The notes: a model not told the origin generated them from the sequence alone. A stretch of DNA of 64,000 bases from Lytechinus pictus (GCF_037042905.1 NC_087250.1:10356001-10420000); one strand, 5' to 3'. Numbered from the stretch's first letter, positions 54,301-63,711 are shown. Numbers and translations: made by a program.

Positions 54301-57300
54301 TCATCAATGATATAATGTTGTGAAACCTCTGTACTTGTCCTCTCATAAACAGAACACCTCACCTTGTGATAGACTCTATAAAAGTGAGAATATAAGTGAA
54401 ATAAGTACTAAAGTAATGAGGGAGTTGTACGTGTGTGACATCACAGATCTTGGTCGCATTGCCAATGGGAGGATCTACAAGGCATTAGTGATCTCGACAT
54501 TCAAATGCTCATAACTTTCTTATTATTCATTCAATCTTCCTCAAACTTTCAACAATATGTTTCTTTGATTTTTCTCTTTGATATGGATTCAGCTGGTTTC
54601 AAGGGTTTCATTCTCCTTTAATATCTCAGGGGCATATGGTTAGAGTTAGGATTGAAATAGAGTTTTTGGTTCAGAATTATTAAGGATTAGGGTTTATTTA
54701 GTGGTGGAGGTTAGGTTTTAGGTTCGGCTTAACGTGCAGATTTTCCTTCGGAGCAATTGTCGCCAGAGCAAATGTCATGGAACCTGGAAATCAATGGCCT
54801 GCGCCCAGTGTTGCGTTATAACAGGGGAAATTAACTATTCTTGTCTTCTATTTGAATTCATCTCTTACTTTGTATTCATTTATTATTTCATCGCATTATG
54901 TATTGCTCTATCAATTCAATATTTTACCTTTTCACTTACTCATTAGTAGTTCCTTTGTGTATCGATCTTAAATCTATCGTTTATATTTTCTTTCATTTAT
55001 CTATCTTTCTGGTGAATATTCTTCTGCATTTACTCAAGTACTAGTGTGGGTTTCTGTTGATCAGTTGTAAAGTTATATATAATTCTAAAACTTAGAATGA
55101 TCTCTATCAAAGTCAATAAAAATCTCAAATTTCATTTTGGTGACTTATTGTAGCTTTGGGGGTGGCAGGTAACATATTTTTTAACATTAGTGTTTGCTCA
55201 GTAGAGCATTCAAGCCCCGGCGGCATCAAAACAAATTGTTAAAAGATGGGAGAGTTATTGCTACCCTGTTTGGTGTTCAACGATTTAAAGGAGAATTAAA
55301 CTCTTGGAGCAAGTTAGCTTTTGTGAAAGCAGAAAAATCAAAGAATAAGATCAACAAAAGTTTGAGTAAAATAGGACTAGCAATAGAAGAGTTATGAGCA
55401 TTTGAATGTCGAGATCACTAATGCTATGGAGATCCTCCCATTGGCAATGCAACCAAGATCTATGATGTCACAGATGAACAACTCTCCCCTTTTGGACACT
55501 GAAAATATACCCCAGAACATATCTTTTCGCTCATTCTAATCATACATGTATGACAAACGATTCAGCAATGATATAATGTTGTGAAACCTCTGTACTTGTC
55601 CTCTCATAAAGAGAACACATCACCTTGTGATAGACTCTATAAAAGTGAGAATATAAGTGAAATCAATCAGTGTCATAATTTTTTCAACAGGAAATTTGCA
55701 CAATGTCCTGTTCGAACAAAGAGAAGCGCAGTGAATGCATGAATATACATCATAGCTAGAAAATATTTTGGACACACATGCATAATAGATGTTGATGCAG
55801 ACCTGCCAACCTCTGGGAATAAAGAACTGTATTCTATGATAAAAAAAAACTGTATTTTTCTCCAAAAAAGTGTATTTCATAATAAAATGCTTGGCGCACT
55901 TGCTCATCACGGCGCTCAAGCTGCGTGCACGCTAAAATGCGCACTGCTCTTGCAGATGAAAAAAACAACATTAAAACATGTGTATATCTTCACCCTGGTT
56001 TGAACAAAATGATTGGAAAAAAAAAAAAAGTTACCTGAAATTACATTGATCTAATAACCATATTTGTGCACGTTTTATGAAATAGAGACATATAGAGATT
56101 ATTATTATTTTTTTTTAATCAAAAACGTATTTTTCAAAGAAAAAAAGTACTGCCGTATTTTGGTTGCAAAAACGTACTAAATACGGCTAAAACGTACTGG
56201 TTGGCAGGTCTGCAGAGGCTGCTGGGCCAATGATCAATTGGACAAAGGGAATTTTGAAAGGATTTATGTTTCTGATTTCTATCTCCAAAAAAATAAAATA
56301 TGTTTTTTTTTCTTTGTTTTATGGAATTAATAATGATAACTTAGTCATATATACCGCTTTACAATGTAGAAATTTGAAATATTCAAACAAAAGTGATTTA
56401 GAAATTATGTAACAATAAATTTTAAAAACATCAAGGTCACTGTAAATGGAGCTATGAATATGCCTTTTCATGAGATAAGTCTTTGAATTGGATCTGAACA
56501 ATGTGATATTGGGGATGCAACGAACGGAAGAGTATTTCAAAGATGTGTGCAAAGCTTGAAAAGGACCTATCACCAAAAATATGTAGTTTTTGCTTCTCCG
56601 ATAGTTAAGTAATGAAGGGACATACTGGGAATGTATGCCAGGATTAATTCAGAGAGATATTTTTTTGGAGCATGTCCATGAAGAGATTTGATTGTTTGAA
56701 GAACGTTGAACTGTATGCGTGATTTGATGGGGAAGCCAGTGCAATTGTTTAAGAGAAGGTATTATATGCAGACCTGCCAACCTTTTACAAAAAAAAAGTA
56801 TTCTTAGAAGGAAAAAAGAGTATTTATTGGCAAAAAAAGGTATTTTTAAAACTTTGTCTCAATGTAACGATCGCCAGCCTGTTGTAGTGAGATCGGTAAA
56901 AAAACATGTGAAATGACTCTACAGGTGTACTTGAAAACTTGATAATTCACCCTTTTAAACATGTGCTCGTACGCAAGAATTTACTTGTTCTTTTCATGCA
57001 ACAAGTTACTGGCCCGACAGTGATTTTTACCGGTCTGGGACCGTCGGACCGGCGCTAGTGTCACGCACTGTGTATAATACATACTCCATGATTGGAAAAA
57101 TAACAAATCATACAAAAAAAGTATTGGTGTATTCATAGCAAAAAAGAGGAACAAATACTCTATAAAGGGAACGGTTGGCATGTCTGTATGTGGTCATGTT
57201 CTTTAGTGAGGGAAACTAGACGGGCTGCCGAGTTTTGAAATCTCTGCAGCCTTGAATTATACAGAAGTGCATGGTCACCTTCCTGCGTTTCCCATTGCTT

Positions 57301-59336
57301 AGCAACCATTTCCTCCCTCCTTAGCACTCGCTCTTGCATCTCCTCTTTCTTCTGAGCCTCCAGGAGTTTTTCTCTCATCATCCTCTTCGCCCGGGCGAGT
57401 TCTCGACGAGTCCATTGGTCTTCCAACTGTAAAGTCACGACAGGCAAAGAAAAATATTTTTTTATTTTCAGGGGCTACTTTTAACAACCTACTGCCTAAC
57501 TCTGCAACATTGGACAAGCATTAACATGGCAGTGAATAGGCATTATTCCGAGGCTTTATTTAAAAAAAGAAATTTCCATGGCTTGTTGCTCATTTTTTTT
57601 TTAAATTAGATTTTTCTTAATTTGATTTCTTTTCTTTTCTTTCTTTCTTTCTTTGTTTTTTTCTTTCTTTCTTTCTTTCTTTATTTAATTAATTATTTAT
57701 TTATTTATATATTTATTTCATTATTTATTTATTTATTTATTTATCTAACTATTCATTTATCTAATTAATTGATTTTCATTTATTAATTTTTTCTTAATTT
57801 GATTTATTTATTTACTTAATTCATTTTTTTTTTTTTTTTTTTTGGGGGGGGGGGGCGGGGAGGGAATCACCCCGAGCCCTTCGGGACAATTTTTCCCCTG
57901 GTCAGGGGGAGTTTGTAAGAACAGTTGCATTACTCTAGCTTTTAATCCAATTAGTCCACTGATCTTCAACTTTGACAATGTTTACATTGCCCCCAAAATG
58001 GATAACAAACAGAGGTTTGAACCCTTACTGAAACACCTTTAAGCCTCAAAATGGCAACACTAGCATTTACATTCATCGCTGCATATTATCCTTAATTTTC
58101 ATGATGGTGCTATAAATTTGAATTAAAAAAAATCAATTGCTTCCTGATTATTTTGAATTACCCTTTTCTCCTTTTCCTCCTCCTCCTTTTCATGTTGAGC
58201 TTTCAGTTGCTCCTCTCGTCTGATCTCCTCCGACGTTCTTTTAGCTTTGATCGAGTTCTTCTTTAATTGAGCCTGTTATGATTGAGAGTCAGGGTTGAAA
58301 AAACAATTGTACATCTAAGTTGCATTCTCTATTCTCTTAAAGGACAAGTCCACCCCCCAAAAAAATTGATTTGAATAAAAAGAGAAAAATCCAACAAGCA
58401 TAACACTGAAAATTTCATCAAAATCGGATGTAAAATAAGAAAGTTATGACATTTTAAAGTTTCGCTTATGTTCACAAAACAGTTATATGCACATCCTGGT
58501 TTATATGCAAATGAGGAGACTGATGACATCATCCACTCACTATTTCTTTTGTATTTTATTATATGAAATATTCTAATTTTCTCCTCATTGTCAAGTGAAA
58601 CAGTGATTAATTCCTCCCTGAACATGTGGAATTAGCATTGTTTGATAGTATATGATTCAGTCAAGTCGGTCCCTACGGTCAAATCTGTAAAAAATGAAAT
58701 ATTGTATAATTCAAACAATAAAAAACAAAAGAAATAGTGAGTGATGGACATCATCGACTGACTCATTTGCATGTCACTGAGTTGTGCATTTCATTGTTTT
58801 GTGAAAAATAGGTGAAACTTTAAAATGCCATAACTTTCTTATTTTACATCCGATTTTGATGAAATTTTCAGTGTTATGCTAGTTTGATTTTTCTCTATTT
58901 ATTCAAGTCAACATTTTGCTGGGGTGGACTTGACCTTTAAGTATCAATAAAATGGGTAATGGCCAAACAGTGTCTCATTTTAAGAGAGCAAATATTGAGT
59001 AAAACAAGACACTATTTTATGAGTAAATCATTTTAATGCAAGGGTTGACCAAGGTTTATTTTCATTTTTTTTTTCAATGTTCTTTTGAATTCTTTTTTTT
59101 TTATATACACTGTAGCTCATGACCACAACATTCATAAAATTGTTTAAAAAATAATGAAATATACATTATATCTACCGGTAATCATCACAACCATCACCGC
59201 CATTATGACCCTCAACATGCCACTATCACTTTACTATCATCAAAATCAAAACTATCACCACCACTATCACTATCACAATCATCATCATTACCATCATCAT
59301 TATCATCATCACTGCCATCACCAACTTCACCATCAC

Positions 59337-59377
<41 letters not shown>

Positions 59378-59390
59378 CCATCATCATCAC

Positions 59391-59423
<33 letters not shown>

Positions 59424-59579
59424 ACCCATCATCATCATCACCACCATCACCATCATCATCATCACCATCATTTATCATCATCATCATTATCATCATCACC
59501 ATTTTCATCACTACCACCACATCATCACCATCATCATCATCACTGCCATCACCAACTTCACCATCACCATCATCATCAT

Positions 59580-59611
<32 letters not shown>

Positions 59612-62600
59612 CATTCACAAATCAACACCACTATCTTTATCACCACCAAGAATATAATTATCATCACTGCATCCACAACTATCATCACCACATCACCTTC
59701 ATTATAATCATCATCACCATCACTGCCATCACCATCATCATCATCACCATCACCATCATCACCATCATCATCATCACTGCCATCACCATCACTGCCATCA
59801 TCATCACCATCACCACCACCACCATCGTCGTCATCATCATCATCATCATCAATGCCATTACCAACTTCACCAGCATCATCATCATCATCGCCCTCATCAA
59901 CTTCACCATCATCATCATCATAATCATCACCACCACAACTATCATCACTTCATTATAATCATCATCACCAGCACAATCAACGTCAACACTGCTACTACCA
60001 CTATCACCACCACCACCCTATATCATCCTCCTCCTCACCTCCTCTTCCAGTGTTGCCCTGATGTTGTGATGCTTCTCCTCGCTCTCCTTCCGTCTGCTCT
60101 GCTGGAGCGCCTTCTTCTTACGTCGCTGGTCCAACAGCCTCATCATCGTCTTCCTGTAGTCATTCTGGAGCTTACGAGATAACCTATCATAGAGCGAAAC
60201 AGTAATTATTTATTTGAAGAATCATTACTTTGGGTGATCTTACTATCGTTGTTATCATCATGGACACTTTATACTATTTTTTCTTCTTAACTTTGTCCTT
60301 GAGAAAATGTTCCTCCTTAATGAGAGAAACTTTGATTAACAAATCTCTCTCTCCCTCTCTAAATTATTCTTTCTTGATATCTTTCTTCCCTCTCTCAATA
60401 AGAAATGCAATATCTATTACAAACTTCAAAACTTAACTAAGAACCTACCTTTTTTCAAGAGTTTCAAGAAATAAGTGACTTTTTGAATACTATGATTTTT
60501 AGAGATAGTAGGCTACCCTTTTCCAGTTGAATTGTACTCTTGTGTACATTATTTATCTTGCTTACTATTTTACGTTTTAAGTATTGTAATGCGCAGTTGA
60601 GTATATACATGCACAAATAAAAATTACGCAGTATAAATGTAAAATTACTATTATTATTATTATTTTTATTCTGCATAACAAAAGACTTTAATATCTAACA
60701 GATCTTTCTCATTGGAATTATATCCTTGCAAATATGCTGTTTGCACCAATCATGCTTCCCTTTTTCTCTCTTTCTTCCTCGCTATTAAACTTTCTCCTGC
60801 TTTAAATGAAAGAATGGATATTTCTATTTAAATCACTTTATGGTTATGACATTTTTTACCTGATTGCTAAGAAGGCATGAATGCTTGTAAGCAAGCAACC
60901 AGAAAACCAATGGCTTAAGGTCCTCTCGGAGGGACCTGTTCATGAGGATTAATGACTTGCCAAAGGGCACCAGCGCACCAAGTGGGAATCAAATCCGGGT
61001 CATCGGAATCCGAAACCCCCGCTCTCCGGACTGAAGCTATCGCGCCTCCCTTGCATAATATGTAGGCCTATTGCTGTTTTTCTTTTCAATCCACTCCCAT
61101 ACTTCTTTCTTTATTTCTCTCTCTCTAACTTTCTTCTGGTTAGTAATTAATACGAAAAATTCATGTTAAAGTACATCTTCCTTGCCAGGAGTAAACGCTT
61201 ATGAAAAATATGCTTTGTTTGCAACTCCACCCCATACTTCTTTCTTTCTCTCTAACTCTCTTTACAAAAATAAAAATAAAGAGTCTTTCATATGTATATC
61301 TTCCTTGCGGAATTCATAAAACCTTGCAAAAAAAGGCTTTGTTCGTACTGCCCCCTTCCCCTACTTACTTTTTTCTTTCCTTCTCCCTAGCTTTCTTCTG
61401 CTTAATGAGAGAATCTTTGATAAGCCGGTCTCTCTCGCTAACATCTTTGCGGATGCTCTGTTTGCGCTGCCGGTGGAGCCGGTCTCTGTCCTTGAGCAAC
61501 TTGGGGACGGAAAAAGACGGCGAGAGAAAATGGGTAGACAGGTAGAGAGATGGAGATATAGAGAAAGAGAATGAAAGGAGGAGAGAGATAATGACAGAGA
61601 TAGAATGAGTACGAGGGAAATGATAAAGTGAGGAAGGAAGAAAGAGAGAAGAGAGAGAGAGAAGTCAGAGAGATAAACAATAGAAAAAGGGAAAAGCAAG
61701 AAACAGATTTAGAGATGGGGAATGTTGAAGCACCCATAAAGGAAAAGAAATGATTTATGTATGTGTATAGCAAGAAAAGAATGGAAAATAGAAAAGGACA
61801 AGATCACAATGTGTGACATAACATTCCACACGGTAATAACAGACAGAAAAGGAAAACGTGAGGTACAGAACATGTATGGGTTGAATGAAGCCAGTGATGT
61901 GGTCAGACCCGTAACGCGACATTTGCTCCTGCGACAATTGCCCGGGGGGGGGGGCAGTCAAATATATTGCTGTACACACGTGTGACCAAAAAACGTGTTT
62001 AAAGGGGTGTTTTTTTTTCAGTTTTGGACGCGGTCTGCGCATGGACTCGTTAAGGGTATCAAAAACACAGATTTTCAATAAAAAGGGTGGTTTTGAAAGA
62101 CTGGTCAATGGTCAATCGCGGGGTCAAACGTATTTAGGGTATTTTTTTCTCTAAGCTTTTTTCAAAGACTCGCCAAACGTGTTTAAAGTATGTTTTTTTT
62201 CACAAGCTTTTTCCCCAAGGTCATATTTTGGCGACAACTTGTTTGGGGGCCGAGAATGTGTAAATAAAGCCCGCGAAAAACTTGTTTAGGGGGCTATTTT
62301 GCACACAGAGAAAAACTCGTTTAGGGGGTGTTTGGAAATTCCTTGGTCACGCGTGTGTACAGCAATATATTTGACTGGCCCCCCCATGGACAATTGCTCC
62401 ACCGCTAATTTCTCTACAGATAGAGGGTGGGAGTAAGGGTGCTGTGGCAGGGTTTTGTTCAGGATCATATGGGGATTAGGATTTAAAAGTTAAGCTAAAA
62501 TGCGAAGCTCGGGTTTATGTTTGGCTTAAAGGTAAAAGAATGTAGCTGCAGTCAACAGTTATTTCATGAGAAAGTCTTTAAAAATCAAGGATGATCGTAA

Positions 62601-63581
62601 CCATATCACGGTAGATCTACATGTACCTGTAGATCTGGGGCCTGTTGAAGAAAGAGTTGCATTTAAACGCACATCAAAATATCAAACGCAAGTCCCGAAT
62701 ACGGTTGCTTCATTGGCTGAAAATCAAGTTGCGCAAGATCATGGTGTGTGCTCTGCAAAGGCTGGGCTAATTTTAGCACTTGCATGTATTAGACTACCCT
62801 ACTGGGTGCAGTGTATGCTTGCTCATGTCTGTGTTTTAAGGATATGCCTCTCGCATCAATATGAAATGTGCAAAGACTTAAAGGACAAGTCCACCCAACA
62901 AAAAATTGATTTGAATAAAAAGAGAAAAATCCAACACTGAAAATTTCATCAAAATCGGATGTAAAATAAGAAAGTTATGGCATTTTAAAGTTTCGCTTAA
63001 TTTCACAGAACAGTTATATTCACATCCTAGTCAGTATGCCAATGGGGAAACTGGTGACGTCTTCCACTCACTATTCATTTTGTATTTTATTATATGAAAT
63101 ATGAGATATTCTTATTTTCTCCTCATTGTCAAGTGCAACAACAATAAATTCCTCCTGACGATGTGGAATAATTATTGTTAAATACTATATGGTTCAGTCA
63201 AGTTGGTCCTTATCGTCAAATATGTAAAAAATGAAATATTGTATAATTCAAACAATAAAAAACAAAAGAAATAGTGAGTGAGGGACATCATCAACTCTCT
63301 CATTGGCATGTCACTGAATTGTGCATACATGTATAACTGTTTTGTGAAAAATAAGCGAAACTTAAAAATGTCATAACTTTCTTATTTTACATCCGATTTT
63401 GATGAAATTTTCAGCGTTATGCTAGTTTGATTTTTCTCTTTTTATCCAAATCAACATTTTTCTGGGGGGGACTTGACCTTTAAAAGCTCACCATTCTCTT
63501 CCGTTCCTGTGTGATCTTTTCAAGTTGTACAGATTTCAGATACTGGTGATAATCGTTGAACTCTTTCAGTGTACATTTGAC
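27152..63581 (-). CDS. FSIP2: Multi-exon gene, 5'-truncated by window edge: FSIP2-like coiled-coil / low-complexity scaffold protein (25 exons seen, ~1674 aa)
   Basis: 25 exons with GT-AG boundaries join in one stop-free frame with matching phases. Exon peptide VKCTLKEFNDYHQYL resembles the FSIP2 N-terminal motif (recalled as VVCTLRELNKYRQYL), followed by an E/K/R coiled coil. Structure confidence is high; the name is moderate. Confidence 0.65.
27702..28422. mobile_element. ~270-bp Harbinger-like MITE (split by a nested element); copies at ~50308-50585, 52240-52502, 52497-52757
   Basis: TIR gggccccgtc..aaagagttacgattgatcc / gattgcaactct..agacgggcccc. Confidence 0.75.
27895..28352. mobile_element. 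Non-autonomous element with CAGACCTGCCAA TIR and 6-bp TSD (TTGATG)
   Basis: TIR and TSD read directly; nested in the MITE above. Confidence 0.85.
29073..29282 (-). CDS. exon W (AVSNPTLPTSK...LPRRASLEKE...GTQQAT)
   Basis: ctgcag acceptor, gtacaa donor, 210 nt, phase 1-1. Confidence 0.85.
29517..29920 (+). mobile_element. L2-type LINE 3' end remnant
   Basis: HITP.LKHLHWLPV..RI.YKVALLVYK...APEYI..LL...LRSS motif typical of L2 ORF2 C-terminus. Confidence 0.85.
29928..30303. mobile_element. Second CAGACCTGCCAA-TIR element, 6-bp TSD TATAAG
   Basis: TIR and TSD read directly; internally deleted relative to 27895-28352. Confidence 0.85.
30316..30610. repeat. Imperfect (CAT)n microsatellite
   Basis: Direct reading. 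Confidence 0.95.
30616..30889 (-). CDS. exon V (VKSAYGSSAGLSV...RQPSGTQ)
   Basis: poly-C tract + ttag acceptor, gtaggt donor, 274 nt, phase 0-1. Confidence 0.85.
31791..32302 (-). CDS. exon U (AEASEDDPHAKD...RRKSTVSSQSAGK), Ser/Pro/Arg-rich
   Basis: ttgcag acceptor, gttagt donor, 512 nt, phase 1-0. Confidence 0.9.
32909..33058 (-). CDS. exon T (DESSVALETDGHAPEEETPEP...VQEEKQ)
   Basis: ccttaag acceptor, gtacgt donor, 150 nt, phase 1-1. Confidence 0.8.
33148..33950. repeat. ~167-bp minisatellite, about 3 units, first unit interrupted
   Basis: atgggaccaaa anchors at ~33557, 33722, 33891. Confidence 0.8.
34004..34150 (-). CDS. exon S (EEKQAPPTDQQEK...EITKAT)
   Basis: tttacag acceptor, gtaatg donor, 147 nt, phase 1-1. 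Confidence 0.85.
35637..35984 (-). CDS. exon R (SEVSQPSSVGLHQ...poly-Asp...APAGEDE)
   Basis: tgtcag acceptor, gtgagt donor, 348 nt, phase 1-1. Confidence 0.85.
36367..36761. mobile_element. Kolobok-like TTAA MITE family; copies or fragments at ~6862-7572, 12910-13255, 15980-16260, 41825-42236, 47560-47946
   Basis: TTAA flanks; shared core tttctcagcaatt...acacttgggtggt...tttgagatcgttacca..ggaattta. Confidence 0.75.
37436..37969 (-). CDS. exon Q (GVHSAKTSEGRST...APEETPS)
   Basis: cttacag acceptor, gtaagt donor, 534 nt, phase 1-1; lies in ORF 37386..38012. Confidence 0.9.
39038..39640. mobile_element. Kolobok-like TTAA MITE; opposite-orientation copy at ~49135-49666
   Basis: TTAA|agggatggtccgggc ... 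ctggaccatccct|TTAA. Confidence 0.8.
40219..40513 (-). CDS. exon P (DIMEKHSDEALVG...PEPV-type Pro/Glu/Thr repeats...DTPGND)
   Basis: ttgtag acceptor; donor G|gtcagt (alternative same-phase G|gtaatg at 40228); phase 0-1. Confidence 0.85.
41018..41407 (-). CDS. exon O (ASSSRSGLTREEP...VCEVLEKEEQ)
   Basis: aatcag acceptor, gtaagt donor, 390 nt, phase 0-0, GC-rich. Confidence 0.9.
42277..42591 (-). CDS. exon N (EPVDSIPSITHTQ...LERVSGSLSG)
   Basis: gatcag acceptor, gtaagg donor, 315 nt, phase 0-0, GC-rich. Confidence 0.9.
43018..43200 (-). CDS. exon M (RPSSSELARTIVSSAIEGALTRIQ...SIIEIFK)
   Basis: cactag acceptor, gtaaac donor, 183 nt, phase 0-0. Confidence 0.85.
43868..43972 (-). CDS. exon L (VSTIEERAQSIVSKVLESAIEIVRPSSPVKMVKNE)
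   Basis: tggtag acceptor after pyrimidine tract, gtaaac donor, 105 nt, phase 0-0. Confidence 0.85.
45595..45690 (-). CDS. exon K (ASEVSPYASLMVADALKNVLNQVEDTQPSLMQ)
   Basis: tactag acceptor, gtatgt donor, 96 nt, phase 0-0. Confidence 0.85.
45775..46206. mobile_element. Harbinger-like MITE
   Basis: Perfect 21-bp TIR aggccaccgcacaccttacga, TTA on both flanks. Confidence 0.8.
46413..46440 (-). CDS. 28-nt microexon (R-SGGPDVFID)
   Basis: ttttatag acceptor, gtaagt donor; phase 2-0 is exactly what is needed to join exons J and K. Confidence 0.75.
47021..47213 (-). CDS. exon J (VVSMGDAPVSMPEVLDSFTMVARQLVTGVFKELKSD...RSPSE)
   Basis: tctcag acceptor; donor AG|gtggtg (alternative in-frame donor 3 nt on, exon end 47018); phase 1-2. 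Confidence 0.8.
47255..47560 (-). mobile_element. Degenerate L2-type LINE 3' end
   Basis: Minus-strand GPSLWNSLP..L......FK..LKTYL-like remnant and gcgctatacaaat tail. Confidence 0.55.
48095..48712. repeat. Imperfect (CAT)n microsatellite containing two exon-derived inserts
   Basis: Direct reading. Confidence 0.95.
48720..48773 (-). CDS. exon I (EFSKEIVTIVEEFEPPTS)
   Basis: tttttag acceptor, gtaggt donor, 54 nt, phase 1-1. Confidence 0.75.
48909..49043. repeat. 135-bp element with perfect ~34-bp inverted repeat
   Basis: tttgtaaacaaattttcggcattactcctatgtg and its reverse complement. Confidence 0.7.
49687..49773 (-). CDS. exon H (DESGVDRRRSGPPSIVIYETSSLPSVKSS)
   Basis: ttttcag acceptor, gtaaca donor, 87 nt, phase 1-1. 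Confidence 0.8.
49858..50128. repeat. (CAT)n microsatellite
   Basis: Direct reading. Confidence 0.95.
50134..50280 (-). CDS. exon G (RGRRRFPPINPKL...DKLPPIIYS)
   Basis: cattag acceptor, gtgggg donor, 147 nt, phase 1-1. Confidence 0.8.
50895..51497. mobile_element. Kolobok-like ~600-bp TTAA MITE (family aggacaagtccacccc)
   Basis: TTAA flanks, TIR; similar to 58341-58936 and 62882-63479; degenerate copy at ~44630-45152. Confidence 0.85.
52923..53045 (-). CDS. exon F (DYLTSIREYRQKSALRKEVFVGERLEKKVEDLCRKYTAGPK)
   Basis: tcgcag acceptor, gtaagt donor, 123 nt, phase 1-1. Confidence 0.85.
53134..53343. mobile_element. 210-bp hairpin MITE with 9-bp TSD (CTGCAACAT), Mutator-like
   Basis: Two 101-bp arms, one mismatch seen, 8-nt loop; TSD at 53125-53133 and 53344-53352. 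Confidence 0.85.
53364..55663. repeat. Tandem duplication, 1254-bp period, second unit truncated
   Basis: 53364.. matches 54618..; duplicate ORFs 53480 and 54734 in the ORF track. Confidence 0.9.
54034..54617. mobile_element. Kolobok-like TTAA MITE (truncated duplicate at 55289-55663)
   Basis: TTAA|aggagaatgaaac ... gtttcattctcct|TTAA; related to 8144-8724. Confidence 0.85.
55798..56212. mobile_element. Third CAGACCTGCCAA-TIR element (flanks not matching)
   Basis: High similarity to 27895-28352. Confidence 0.85.
56220..56765 (-). mobile_element. Degenerate LINE 3' remnant (probable)
   Basis: Minus-strand LKQLHWLP-like remnant (cttaaacaattgcactggcttcccc) and gcggtatat tail. Confidence 0.45.
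56769..57186. mobile_element. Different element with the same CAGACCTGCCAAC TIR; flanks TATATG / TATGTG
   Basis: TIR cagacctgccaacc / ggttggcatgtctg; 6-bp TSD with one mismatch. Confidence 0.7.
57279..57426 (-). CDS. exon E (LEDQWTRRELARAKRMMREKLL...KQWETQE)
   Basis: ttacag acceptor, gtgacc donor, 148 nt, phase 0-1; lies in ORF 57160..57447. Confidence 0.8.
57625..57860. repeat. (TTTC)n/(TTTA)n low-complexity tract with poly-T/poly-G
   Basis: Direct reading. Confidence 0.85.
58162..58272 (-). CDS. exon D (AQLKKNSIKAKRTSEEIRREEQLKAQHEKEEEEKEKR)
   Basis: aacag acceptor, gtaatt donor, 111 nt, phase 0-0. Confidence 0.85.
58341..58936. mobile_element. Kolobok-like ~600-bp TTAA MITE
   Basis: TTAA|aggacaagtccacccc ... 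ggggtggacttgacct|TTAA. Confidence 0.85.
59180..60030. repeat. Long imperfect (CAT/CAC)n microsatellite
   Basis: Direct reading. Confidence 0.95.
60039..60183 (-). CDS. exon C (LSRKLQNDYRKTMMRLL...IRATLEEE), coiled coil
   Basis: gatag acceptor, gtgagg donor, 145 nt, phase 2-0. Confidence 0.85.
61369..61499 (-). CDS. exon B (LLKDRDRLHRQRKQSIRKDVSERDRLIKDSLIKQKKAREKERK)
   Basis: pyrimidine tract + ccccaag acceptor, gtaagt donor, 131 nt, phase 0-2. Confidence 0.8.
61941..62388. mobile_element. hAT-like MITE with ~45-bp TIR and 8-bp TSD (GACAATTG)
   Basis: gggcagtcaaatatattgctgtacacacgtgtgaccaa and its reverse complement; TSD at 61933-61940 and 62389-62396. Confidence 0.8.
62882..63479. mobile_element. 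Kolobok-like ~600-bp TTAA MITE, 12 nt from exon A
   Basis: TTAA flanks and TIR. Confidence 0.85.
63492..63581 (-). CDS. FSIP2: FSIP2-like gene exon A (VKCTLKEFNDYHQYLKSVQLEKITQERKRM)
   Basis: ctacag acceptor, gtgagc donor, 90 nt, phase 0-0. Confidence 0.85.
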
Positions 63582-63711
63582 CTGTAGGAACAAACAAAGG
63601 GGAACAAAAGTGCATCAACTTTTTTTCATCTGTCCAACTATCTAGTCATTTCATATAAATCCATCATTTTCAGCCTGCCAGAACATCAAGAGAAGCTGGT
63701 TTAATGAGACT

